From Tubiluchus corallicola (Eukaryota; Animalia; Priapulida), in the NCBI GenBank assembly GCA_030141605.1, contig JAQGDQ010000102.1, positions 105,676 to 169,675 of the forward strand: a DNA stretch of 64,000 bases, written 5' to 3'. Under the pieces are notes generated by a model. The model saw nothing but the letters and a program-made list of their open reading frames with translations, was not told where the DNA came from and ran no database searches. This document shows positions 52,601 to 64,000 of the stretch, piece after piece. Made by a program: the position numbers and the translations under genes. Position 1 is the first letter of the stretch. Every line of letters starts with the position of its first letter.

Positions 52601-55600
52601 ATGAATTTATATAGCTTTGAAATGTGTATGAAATCTCTTCTGTAAAAATGCTACTTACAATGCATTTGTTGGGTTTCACTATGAACTGCGATAGTTACAC
52701 TACATTCCGGGACTGGTTACTTTACAGATCATATTGTCATACTTTTACATCACGTCTCTACTGAACTCCTTTCTATTTCGTTTCTCTTCCCATTTTCTCC
52801 ATCTTTACTTCATTACTTTAGCTTTATTATTCTCTGTTTTTTCTATAATTCTTTCTCTTGCTAACTTATCAACTTTAACCACTTTTCTTGGTGGTTTGCT
52901 TACTTACTACCATGCAGCAGCTATTTCTCGTTGATGATAAACTAAAATGTAGCTTAGTAACTAATTATAAATGCAGACCCGTTACAATTATTGCAACTAT
53001 ATTTGTGCTTTTTTTCTAACTATAGAACAATAACGCGAACTGTTATGTAAAATTGTATGCTGAAATGGATGCTAATAAATCACAAATTACAAATTACCCG
53101 TTTTTGCCCGTTGTCTCCTATAATGGTCTGTATACAAACTGTGAAAGAATAAAAAGGTCAACGTAAATACATTTAAAGGAATTACCGAACGACTGACTAG
53201 ACTCAATCTCAATTTAATTTATTGTCCAAAATATACATTTTCTTGCCTATGAAAGTTAGCAAATGTCTTCTAATGTTTGAATAATTACCTCGGAGAGTTA
53301 ATTAGCTCTCGCTTATCACTTATCGCTTACGTCACAAACTAACCACAATTTGTGCTATGGTAGGCATCTTCCCTGCGCATCAAGCACGTTTGCGTAAACG
53401 AAGATTGCTATAAGACGCTGATGTGACGTCACGAAAATGTCCTTTGCGTCACAGACGAACACGGCAGTTCATGATCATGCTTATCACGGTACAGCACCTA
53501 TTGCGCCTATTTGTCGACCACCGCAATGTGAGTCTCTTGACAGTCTTAGTGGACTCGCTGAGCTTTGAAAACTTAACCAAATTTAAATATCGTAGTTATT
53601 AGGCCTATTATTTAATGTAAGCTTTGGTTTGAACAACTTGGTTGTAGTTTTCAATATTTTAGAGCATATTTTATTCTGAACTAATGTTTACACAATCGTC
53701 AAGCTTTCTTTAAACATGCTTTGCTTGGGCGTTGATCTTAATATGGATTGTCAGTTTAAGATTTTCTCGACAATTGTCACACTTTCGAGTTGTTCAGTTA
53801 AGTAACAATCTACGAATGACCTCGTGACCCTTCTAACCGAAGTGTGTCCCAAAAATTTGGTCAGAGCAACATTGTTATTTGTTTATTTACTTCTAACGTG
53901 GATAAAATAGGATATAAATTAGCTGTAATTTGTGTGCTTTAGTTCAATCACTTTATAGCCATGATTATTGTTATTATTGCAGGTATAATTCCGAGTGCTT
54001 GAACCGTGTGCAGAGGATCGAAGAGGCAAACGACCAGCATGGTATGTTTACATAGAAATTAGAAATTAATTATCATTAATTGTATTACCTTAATCATCTT
54101 ATGCAAACATTTTACGTCACACTGTTCTGTTTCAAACCCAATTTGACTGAAGAGTTACAATTCTTTTTTAAAAAGGAGATGGAATCTTTATTGTTTATTA
54201 TCTTTTAGTTGTTATTGTTGTTATTGTCTTTTAGTTTAAACTTTATTTATTTAAAGTGAATTTACAAAACAGACTGGGTCTGATTCAAATGTCTTCAAGG
54301 TACAGAGTGTTAATAAAAAAATAATGCGCATCACAACTAATCTAACACGTAGATCACATAATTTGATCAAACACAATTAATTTCGGAGATAATGCAGAGT
54401 AATTATGTGAGTAATCATGTGATTCTATATATGAAGAGTTTACATGTTAATTCGCATAAACAACATTAAAGTACAGGAAAACCATCCACTACATAAAACT
54501 TAAAAAATTGTTTTAAAAGTTTATTCCACTTATATACTGCCTTTTTCTATACAGGGCTTGCGACGGTAGTAAAGCTGTATAAAACATGTAAATTTAAATG
54601 ACCTTTGGATGCAGTCATTTTGACGTTACGTCATTTGAAACAAGTTTAGATAACACTAAGTAACGTTTGAAAAATAATCACAGCATTCGTAGCGCACACG
54701 ACATTAACTAAGAAAAAAATTTAATTTACTGTATCTTATCAATAAGATTAAAAACTAACGTTTTTTATTAGTGCGTGGTGCTCCCTGGAGGTGAGTCAAC
54801 GATATTTTACCAATTGAAAACATTTTAAATAATTAATAATGTTCTTTTCTAGTTACGTAAGTCTTTCAGGCAGGTAAGCGAAATGCTAAGTAATATAACT
54901 TTGCATGGAAAGTTTTTTGGCACACAGTTTAGAATTTACTTTTTTCCCTAATTTATGTTGTGCGTATATGACGTCATCTAATGGCGCCGTTGGAACAGTA
55001 CTGCGGGAGATTTAAAATGAAAACCAATAAAAAACCCTTTCATTTAACGCGAGTACGATATACGTATAAAATTGCTATAAAGTAATATAACTTTTAAGGC
55101 GATTTTTCTGAAATCTGCTTCAGATACCTCTTTTCTTGTCCTTTAAACATTTAAAATACAAACAGGAATAATAAGATACGTTTACAAAATAAGTTGCTGA
55201 GGAATCATCTAACAGTAAAATTCGATTGTATTGTAAAATCAGGAGGTTGGTTTAATAAACTGCTGTAATAAATTGTGTAGAAAAAAAACAATGTTGATGA
55301 CTAATATTTTGAATTTTTAAATAGTTTTTCTGTATAGAACAGCAGGATTATAATTTAGTAAAGACTCACGTGCTACAATCTCTGGTGGTTGGGTAGGTCG
55401 TCTAACATATATATATATATATTACAGAATATTTTGCCTATAATATATTGTCTTTTTTTTAATTCTGGCTATTTGCATTGCATGACAGAATCCGTCGTTG
55501 AACAGGAATGTTTCTTTCGAGAACAATGTGCATCACCGTTTGCATTGTGCCGAAAACCAGAAATTCGTCAATTTGAAGTTGGTTACTGCTGGTGCCCTCC

Positions 55601-55862
55601 AGGGTTTAGACGATACAATCACGGTTGCAGGCCACGTATGTTTGTTCATGTGTTTAAAATTTAATAACAAATTACACCAGCAACTATTAACCAATCACTA
55701 GATTTCAAATTTCAGCTTTACCAGAAATATTGCATTATCTATTGTAAAGTGTACGTTGGCAAAGTTTAGCCTGAAACACTAATAGCTTGTCTGTCTTCTC
55801 GAAGACTCATCGAACTGGGCACTCCAAAATAGCTCGGAAATAAATACAGAAATAGATAAATG

Positions 55863-55893
<31 letters not shown>

Positions 55894-57031
55894 ACCATCA
55901 ATGAAATCTCGTGAAATCGAGGCGCCTCGTATGATGAATGAATGGTGAAATTTCGAGCAACAATAAGAAAATCAATAGTACATGTATTTATATATTATTA
56001 TATATGTAATATGATGACTAACTTAGTAATGGTATATTAATGTATATAAATGTATCCAGTACAATAATAAACTAAATAATAGACTATAAATAATTATTAT
56101 AATATTTTCTTTCAGTTATTTCACATTTAAAGCAACATCCAGGTTTCTGAAATATTGGTGTTAGATCATCTGTACAGAGTACAAATATCAACGTTTATTG
56201 ATTATTGCTTATGAAACCTAGAACAGGCGACAATACTGGCATTACATTTTCACTATAATTAGTTAGTTAATTAACATGAGTTTGACTTTGAAACGTTATC
56301 TTCAAGACTTATTCTCATAATTTTCATGCATTTTTCTAGTTTACTGCGAAGACCAGCCCTGTGAGAACCATGGAACCTGCGTTTATTCATACAACCCATC
56401 CAAAGGAGATCTATTTAAATGCCTTTGCCCCGTTGGATTTAGTGGTCGCTTTTGCGAAATCCGAAAAGGTGGGCGCAGCCTATTTTGATAAAGCTCGTGC
56501 CTATTTAAGCTTGCCTTAGTTGCTGTTCTGATAAACACTTAGCAATGACGTAACATTGCTAGAGCATTGAGAATGCAGATTTAAGCTTGCCTTAGTTGCT
56601 GTTCTGATAAACACTTGGCAACTACATAACATTACTAGAGCATTGAGAATGCAGATTTAAGCTTGGCTTAGTTACTTTTCTGATAAACGCTTAGCAATGA
56701 CATAACATTACTAGAGCATTGAGAATGCAGATTTGAGCTTATACTTAGTTGCTGTTATGATAAACACTTAGCAATAACATGACATTACTAGAGTATAAAG
56801 AATGCCTATTTACGCTTGCGTTAGTTGCTGTTCTGATAAACACTTAGCGATAACGTCACACATCGTAAGCTGCTATAATGCTATAAATGTCTTTTGGTGT
56901 GTTTTCCAGATCCCTGCAATCCAAACCCATGCAAAAATGGAGGCGCATGTGCTGTTCAAGAAGAAGGTTCCTTTGAGTGCAACTGCCTTCCAATGTACAC
57001 GGGTGAAACATGCGATATTGTTCCAATTTAA
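43632..57031 (+). CDS. Modular extracellular protein: Tyr/Asp/Arg/Ser-rich repeats + isolated ZP-N (cuticlin-like) domain + EB/EGF + 2 EGF; 5' end unresolved
   Basis: Phase-consistent GT-AG exons: 43632-43687 (least certain); 45743-46478 (repeats); 48410-48627 (VKTFCDDACGYMVVRLKFSEPFYGTVKAK...C...GTG...IKFDDEC); 50776-50948 (FPNTITVEQ...YYEVFEVFC); 53983-54041; 55489-55635 (6-Cys module); 56340-56468 (CEDQPCENHGTC...CLCPVGFSGRFCE); 56910-57031 (DPCNPNPCKNGGAC...CNCLPMYTGETCDIVPI*). Confidence 0.88.
44174..44709. mobile_element. MITE with ~55-bp imperfect TIRs
   Basis: Left gtcggtattaaaacccaataagattttcctttcctcaaaaaccaagctttcgg vs reverse complement of the right end gtctgtactgaaactcaataagattttttccctttataaaccaagctttcgg. 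Confidence 0.75.
46022..46384 (+). repeat. Coding 51-bp tandem repeat x7 (YRETRYDDKSHERSSPT)
   Basis: Seen directly in ORF 45752-46507. Confidence 0.95.
48714..49417. mobile_element. hAT-family MITE with a perfect 8-bp TSD
   Basis: TIRs CATAGGGGTACG / CGTACGCCTATG. AATAGAAC is duplicated at 48706-48713 and 49418-49425. Confidence 0.92.
49703..49808. repeat. 40-bp tandem repeat (~2.7 copies)
   Basis: Unit gaacaaacatgcattattttacaaaaaaagattcatgaat. Confidence 0.9.
50469..50648. repeat. ~40-bp minisatellite (~4.5 copies)
   Basis: Unit gttaagccaatcagctaggtcaaccagcttacgtcattcca. Confidence 0.9.
51692..52603. mobile_element. Second, older copy of the CATAGG hAT MITE family
   Basis: CATAGGTGTACGAGGCG...TGTATGCCTATG. 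Shares gcaaatgaat, gggcaaaa and cccttgtga-actt with 48714-49417. TSD degenerate. Confidence 0.75.
56503..56858. repeat. ~76-bp intronic minisatellite (~4.7 copies) filling the last intron of the ZP-N/EGF gene
   Basis: Unit atttaagcttgccttagttgctgttctgataaacacttagcaatgacgtaacattgctagagcattgagaatgcag. Confidence 0.93.
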
Positions 57032-59919
57032 CCATTTAAGTATTGAGACTTTGTAATTTAACCGAATTGGGAGGTAGAATTCTTGGGATTTAATCAATTT
57101 TAATGTTAAAATTTTTAAACCTGGACAGTTCAATTAATTTGAAATTAAATTTTCAAAACCAACGCTTAATTATCAAATGCACAACCTGGTGAAGATGACA
57201 GATTTGCTCAATTGTAAGAATTTACTAGAGATATACAAACTGATATAGTGAACCACTATTGGAAAAAAAACAGATTTTAGATAGGATCCTAGCTCAAATA
57301 ACGAAAGAACGTAAACAATTGAAAGCCTCCAAAAGACTTATACTTAAAGCTTCAATACTAAACCAAATTAAATCAGAAATTTTGATAAGTCAGTTTGGTA
57401 AACATTGACAGTTGAAGCGCAGACAATACCACTATTTTCCGGGACAGATGACATTTCCTTTAGAGATTTTATTACGAACATTTGAACATGCTACAGTTTT
57501 AACAGTTCACTTGCCCAACCTAATTATAATGAACCAAGCAAATCTTTATTGTTGAAGTGTTTCAATGCTGCTATCCCTGTTAAAGATTGTAAATGTTAAT
57601 TTTATAGTCAATGAACCACTACTACTACTAGTTAGTTAATATTCGAAAATGTTTTCCAATAATCGAGATTAAGTTTGGCGTCGTAACTTCTAATAAAGAA
57701 ATATCTGCGGTGATGTGTCATTGTATCCGGTTATACAACAAATGATTTTCTAGATTATCTGAGGTAAACTCCAACTAAAACTGCGCATGTTAATCGAGGA
57801 AACAGTAGAAATTTTAACTCGCGAAATAATAAAGGCGTTGATATTAACAAACAGAATTCGAACTCAAGATAATAATCGAAATTGGACGCTTGATACTTGT
57901 ATTCTAAAGGAAACATTTCGGGACTTTTAGCGATGAGATTTAAGTGATAAAGATCAATTGATAACACGAAATTTTGGAGATAACATCACCAGGTTACCGA
58001 GACGCCGTAACGATGATCAAGTAAATTTTAATGAATTAATTTTCTTAGAGTTGCGGTACAACGAAGTATAGATATGCTCGTTATATTTTTTGTAGTGGGA
58101 GTAGTAAGTATATCTTCATTTTATTAGGAATGAGTCTTTTGTTTCACATCTCCTCTGGGAAAAGGTGCAACTGTGAGCTAAATAAGACTAATGTAATTCA
58201 AGTTCTATTTTGGGGAATTTTCGTTAAGAATACTTCAACGTTCCTATCCATTTTTATTAGTATTGCTTATTCTTTTTGCAACTTCTTATTATTAGCAATT
58301 TCTGTTGGCTTTTATTGTCTTTAGGTAATAGTGTAAGCCTGTAAGGCACGCACCACGTGGGCTGTGTGCACATTACTGATTATAATGATTTTTTCAGTTT
58401 AATCTAGATTATGCGAATGTGTGTTTGTAAGTTTTTTGTTGCTTGCATTATTAGTTTGAACGTGAAAACTATATTTAAGAATTCTTATTAATGCATTATT
58501 TATCAGCCCTTCTATAAAGTTGCATTTTATAATTTTTTTGTTTCTATGACTACTTGCTAGTTTCAAAAATTTGCATGAATAAATTGTATCTCACTGTTTA
58601 TTTGCAATTTTGATATTTAATATACACAAGTTTTACTGTTGTTTTGTCTACGCCCACTTACTGTTCTGTCTTCACGTAGTTTTCATTGCCACAGAAATAA
58701 ATCCTGGCCTTAAATAAAAATCAATACTTGGGTATTGTCTGCAATACTGATGTTTTTGCGTAACAATAAGATGCAGCAAGGCACCTATTGTTTGCCCAAT
58801 TGTTTTTCTATTACAAAGTGCCATCTATTACTTATCTCACAATTTGCACGAGTTTAGCCATTTCTCTGGCCATTTCATGTGTAGTTGTTTAAAATGCTAT
58901 GAGTATTTTATAGCAGTCTATGAATGCAAAGAAACCTCAAGCAATTTTGTAGTACCACTTATTTTACGCAAAGTAGGAAGGCATGTAGAAAGCAGAGGTG
59001 AATTTTTATTTTTCAAAATATGTGTACAGAATATGAAACGAGAAAAAGTGCACTGAACTTTTTCATGTGATATTCATGCACAAACGATTTACAATATAAA
59101 TTAACTATGATTATATATATCATATAATAGCATATACATGTATGTCGTTTATTCTCATTTTCATAATCACAAATTGATTAATGACAAACAAACATATAGT
59201 ATTTGGTGGTTATTTTACAAAGTTAATAAGAATGAAAATGAAAGAAATTTTGCAGCTGGTGTGTAAGTTAAGCTAAACAGTTAACCAGTTAGTTGATTGG
59301 TGTATTTAGTAAATACATGATGTCATTGTTTGAGAAGGCTGCTATTACACATTTGTATCGACTTGCCCAAAATGGTTCCCTACTAACGTGATCTGTTCGA
59401 AGTATTCATATTTCTACATAGCTTTTAGACTACTAATAAATAATCTCCTTTCAACCAAAGTAGTAATACTAGTGCATTTCTTCCATGATCATATTAAAGT
59501 ACTATTATTGTTCAATTCATTTATGCACTTATACAACTCTTGTGTTCGTCTAGTTACAAGTCTTACATATGGGTCAGTATCAGAAATGTACTGTGTCATG
59601 TTATTGTCCGAATTATTAACACTTTTATCACACAAAACGTGGTTTGTCATAGATTTTTATTATTATCATAAGTCTTTTATTTACCACTATTTGCAGATAC
59701 AAATAAACATATACAGTCAACATACAAAGTATAATAAATCATGTGAATAACAGTAAGCCTATGTATCTGCTACATAAGTTTACAAAACTGTTTTACAGTC
59801 CAAATATTTATACAAAACTTTCCTACAATAACCACAATACATTATTATTTATATGCTAACATTATTACTACATTATTTCATATACAAACTTATTAATACA
59901 TTAGCTAAAAAACAAATTT

Positions 59920-60430
59920 TTAATAATTACGCTTATTTAGCACAGTTTTCGTTATAGAAGAATCTCGAACTATATTTATAAAAGCAGATAGTAAATTTCC
60001 ATCTCTTTCTACATAAATACACTGCAGCTCTCTATTTCTTAATTTATCTTTAAATTCTTGTCTAGCCATAACATCTGTAAGGGGACATTCACATAATAAA
60101 TTCATCGGTGTTTATTGTTCCGCCCCACGTATACAAGAAGAATCTGGTATTAGTCCAATTCTAGAGAGGAATGCATTTAAGACTATTGCCGTAGTAAGCT
60201 CTACTAGAGTCAGAATAATTTAGTTGTTCCAGTTTCTTAAATACTAAGTAAAAGAGTAAAGCTCTTTGTTCATTTGAATCGACAATAAAGTTAAGAAGAT
60301 TGTTAATTTGGTCTTCAGTGAGCATACAAACTCTTCGGGTTTCTGTTTCTCCAACCACGCATGTAGACGGTATCTCGACTAGTCCTAAAGGATCATACCA
60401 GCATCTCCCCAGTTGAAGAGATGCAATTGG
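59920..60430 (-). mobile_element. Non-LTR retrotransposon ORF2 C-terminal (zinc-knuckle) remnant
   Basis: Frame-shifted LNAFLSRIGLIPDSSC...TPMNLLCECP resembles the LxRIGxxxSPxCxC...ETxxHLLxECP motif of I/R1/LOA-type elements. Confidence 0.5.
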
Positions 60431-60904
60431 TCACTATTTAAGCAGGAGATCCTCAGCATGTCTGAAAAACAAACAGATATTACGTTCTAATGTGTAGTAG
60501 TAGTAGCACGTCTTCAAGACTGATGCAATGAACTCTCTGTCATACAAAAAGCACAGCAAAAAATATGAAAAACAATTAACACAATCATTAAGAAACAGGA
60601 ATACACACGACAAAAAGCACAAGAAGAAAGCACAAAACATCACTAAAAATTTGGCTCCATCAGAAAAAAATTGTCTCTAGAGGTGGGCTGAAAGGTCGTC
60701 TCTTTTAGGTATTTTCTGTGTTATTTTTTGAAATGTTTTTGCTGTGTCCCCTGTTGTTTTGATCAGTTAAGTTCGCTCTTCTTAAAAGACATTACTGCGT
60801 TTTAACTAACATGAAGAGAAATAATCCATTTAGACAAAAACAGAATTATGTCGTTTAATTCAAGAATTCTGTTATTTCTTCTGCTAGAACCGCGAGATTG
60901 ATAT

Positions 60905-63231
60905 TACGGCGCGTTCAAACTTGAGTGTTCTCTCTGGAGAGTTCTCGCAGTGAGTAGAGCTTGCCGGCAAGAAATTTGCGAGAAAACTCTCAGCAACTCT
61001 CGGATACTTAGCAACAATTTACCGAGAGAACTCGCGAAGCCGTTCATACATGCTAGACCTAAGAGAGAAGTCTTGCGAGAAGAGTCTCTAGTATTCACGT
61101 ACTTATTGCGTCTGCATCTAGTTTGCTGTCAACAATCGTAATGCCAGTGACCATGCCTACAAAACTACAATCGGGGAGTATGATGCCTGGATCACTCTGA
61201 TCTTGTCCAAATAACAAACATGAACCAACTGCTTCAGGTATATCCCCGGGATCAGTTGGAAATTGACCAGCTAAAATGACGTAAAACAATAAACAGCATA
61301 TTGTCAGTGTGCAAATTTAGAAGTTTAAATTTCGTCAATCTAACAAACTTTTCCATGGAGTTTGTATTTTTGTATTTTTGGTGTCTGATAGAATATGTAG
61401 TGCCAGTGGAAGCTCTGGCAGACTTATAAACGTATAAACTGCATAAACGTAAACAAATAAGCACAAACATAAACATAAACAAGTAAGTAGGCCTGTTCAG
61501 CAACACATAACCAACTTTTTAATTCAGTTTTAATTGCTCGAATATAAACTAAACCAAAGCAATGGTCTGATTTGCAAAAGTGAAAAACAACAGATTTTTT
61601 ACTTTAATTTAAAAAGTAGCCAAAATTGATAATGCATTCTTAGTCCAATTGCGCAATCAACGTTCATGTTTTCTTAGAAAAATAAACGTTGAAGAAACTA
61701 CTAGTAACTACAATCTAATCTTCACAAAAATTCACAAACAATAATATAGTCTGAATTTAGCAGCATCATATGATTGGCCTAACCTTTATTTTTTTATTTT
61801 TTTAAATATATTCATATTTAAAAATTATTTTCATATTCACATATAGACACACTATGCAATATAATACTTATTTTACATATTTGTTTGTATTTTTAAAAGG
61901 TCATTGTTTTTGCCACACAATAGCATTTTTTGTGTAATTCACTGAGCACTACCTGTCGTTATAACGGGGTTAATTTATTATGTAAGATCGACGTTTGGCA
62001 CAGCAAATGCGTTGACGGATGGCGGAGGCGGGGTAGGGGGTTTTCGGGGCGGCCATTGAAGCTACTTCAAAGTTCGACTGCAAGTTTGTCTTCTGATTTG
62101 ACATCCGATCGTCTTTTTTCTTGCATTTTGTTCTTGAATTTGGTGTTTCGTTTATCGGTTTTGCTTGTATAATTAAATCATAGTAGTAAAAATGTTTTCT
62201 TGAAACTCATATTGCTAAACAATGTTAAAGAGCACGCGGCAGATCGCTCAATTTCAAAAGCGTACTCGGCTAGTAAAAGGTTAGGAACCATTGCATTAGA
62301 CATTATACAGGCGGAAAACTAATGCAAAGAAAAAACATTGTGCTGTTACGACATGCACATAAGAGCAATTCATTCCAGCAAACTGCTGTCACATATCAGT
62401 ATAAATGAAGGAGAATGATCAGCTTGTCCCTTATTTCCAACAAGATCTGCTGAAGCTAAAACACATTCCAAGCTCAAACAAGTCTAAGTGCAATTGCAGT
62501 TTTTATCATCTAAACGTAGCCAGCTATCATTAATGTTTCACTGATTAAAAAAAAGTTACTTTAGTGCAACTTCAAAACATTGAAGTAAATGATCCTCCTA
62601 CCTGCAGTAGACTTACCAGTTTGTTACTCAATCCTGAAGCCATCATAAGTTGCTGAGATAAACAACTATAATGTGATATCAACGATATTAATCACAAAAA
62701 TGTTAAATTCCTGCAATGGAAACAGAGCCTTTAACGAATTTTAAAAACAAGTGACCCGCAAACTCTTTTAACACTACATTTGCTTGCAATCGTTTCGTCG
62801 TTAGAATAATCAAGTGATGAACTAACCTAGTAATATGTGTTACACAAAAACCTAGTTATAAATCATCCAGTTTACCCACATGGTAGTGTATTCATTTTGT
62901 ATTGAATTGTATTTATTCATTCCACACAATACAGATAAATGCACATCTTAAAGAAAACGATTAGTTATAATTGCTGTAGGCAAATTATGAAGATAGCCAG
63001 CCAGTTTTTCTATCTAAGTTTAACTTTCGTATTAAAAGCCCTTTTGGATGTGTAAAATTCACGAGTGCATATATGCTTACACGATAGCTATCGCTAGTTT
63101 TACTGAGTGTCAACTCACGCACAACTCAGGGAGAGTCTGCAAAAACTAGCCTTGCCAATAGAATTCGCAAATCCGTTCACACTTGCGAGTTTACTCTCCA
63201 AGAGAAAACTCGCTACTCTGAACGTGCAATA
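60905..63231 (+). mobile_element. PIF/Harbinger-like element (~2.3 kb) with long imperfect TIRs and a decayed MADF/Myb-like remnant
   Basis: Left tta-cggcgcgttcaaacttgagtgttctctctggagagttctcgcag vs reverse complement of the right end tta-ttgcacgttcagagtagcgagttttctcttggagagtaaactcgcaag, with TTA/TAA flanks. Plus-frame NASDHAYKTTIGEYDAWITL at ~61140-61200. Confidence 0.6.
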
Positions 63232-64000
63232 AGATTGCTACAGTGTTACATGTTGAAGCAAAAGTGAAAACATATAATAATGTTAGAAAACCAAACTAAT
63301 TTAAGCATGTAGTGTGAAGTAGTGTAGATTTTAATCGGATATATTTTGAAAAAAACTTAGATATAAGAATGATGATATATATAGAAATCTGCCCTAAAAT
63401 TTATTGTGTATGAAAACTATTGTTAAAAGTTTTATTAATGATAATAGAGGTGAAACTTAATTGCTTAATTATTGGGTGACTAGGGCTGAATTACTGCAAG
63501 TTTGGTTTATTTAAAAAATTGTAATTCATTTAATGCCTAATAAGTTGATTTTAAGATCAATATTTTTCTCTCTTTCTTCAACTACACACACTTTCATGTC
63601 CACTCGCACACAACCCTCCCCCCCCCCCCCACATACACACACAGACGCACATGCACACCATATGATAGTCTAGTAAGGTCTAGGGTAAATGAAATCATGA
63701 TATGAGTGAATATCATCATGTTCGTTGGTGTGTGGGTGTAGATAAACAAAGGCTTCGGTTTTAATGTTCTTGTTTAATGTGGTAATTATTTCTCTGTATG
63801 TCAAATTTGAATTCCTGTCTCTGTTTAGGTATAGAAGACTTAGGAAGCTGTTTCGTAACTTCTCCTTGAGGATTTGAATGGTGACCCAACCTTTAGAATT
63901 TTCAACAAGTGTTTGGAGGTTTGTAGTGCTTGAAATTCTTGAACTAAATGCGCAAAATCTTCATAATGTTATCGCCAGCTCATAATCTCGTTCATCTGTT

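Noticed and set aside
56503-56858. Regularly spaced repeats resembling a CRISPR array
   Set aside because: Whole units repeat with no unique spacers; it is an intronic minisatellite.

Overview
AT-rich, intron-rich animal genomic DNA, probably from an invertebrate; the species cannot be determined from the sequence. Most ORFs in the supplied track are noise. Three spliced genes can be built by hand with GT-AG sites and consistent exon phases. (1) A minus-strand astacin (M12A) zinc metalloprotease, 6 exons at 7800->1431, running off the left edge. (2) A plus-strand secreted short collagen, 29405-38051, ~433 aa: signal peptide, ~180-aa poly-Glu/Asp/Gln domain, CxC, 51 uninterrupted Gly-X-Y triplets (mostly GPS), CxC, basic tail. 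(3) A plus-strand modular matrix protein, 43632-57031, with an unresolved 5' end: 17-aa YDDKSHERSSPTYRETR repeats, an isolated ZP-N (cuticlin-like) domain and three EGF/EB-like modules. The collagen's last exon begins CAG|GTAAGT, a recursive-splice-type site, and the collagen exon is phase-compatible with the first clear exon of gene 3, so the two may form one locus. The rest is TE debris: two near-identical Penelope-like fragments with inverted pLTRs carrying hammerhead motifs, a deleted Gypsy, a rearranged Gmr1-like Gypsy with extra LTR copies, CR1/L2-type LINE pieces, hAT/Harbinger/other MITEs, a telomere-like array inside inverted repeats, and many mini/microsatellites. Coordinates were counted by hand; TE boundaries are approximate.
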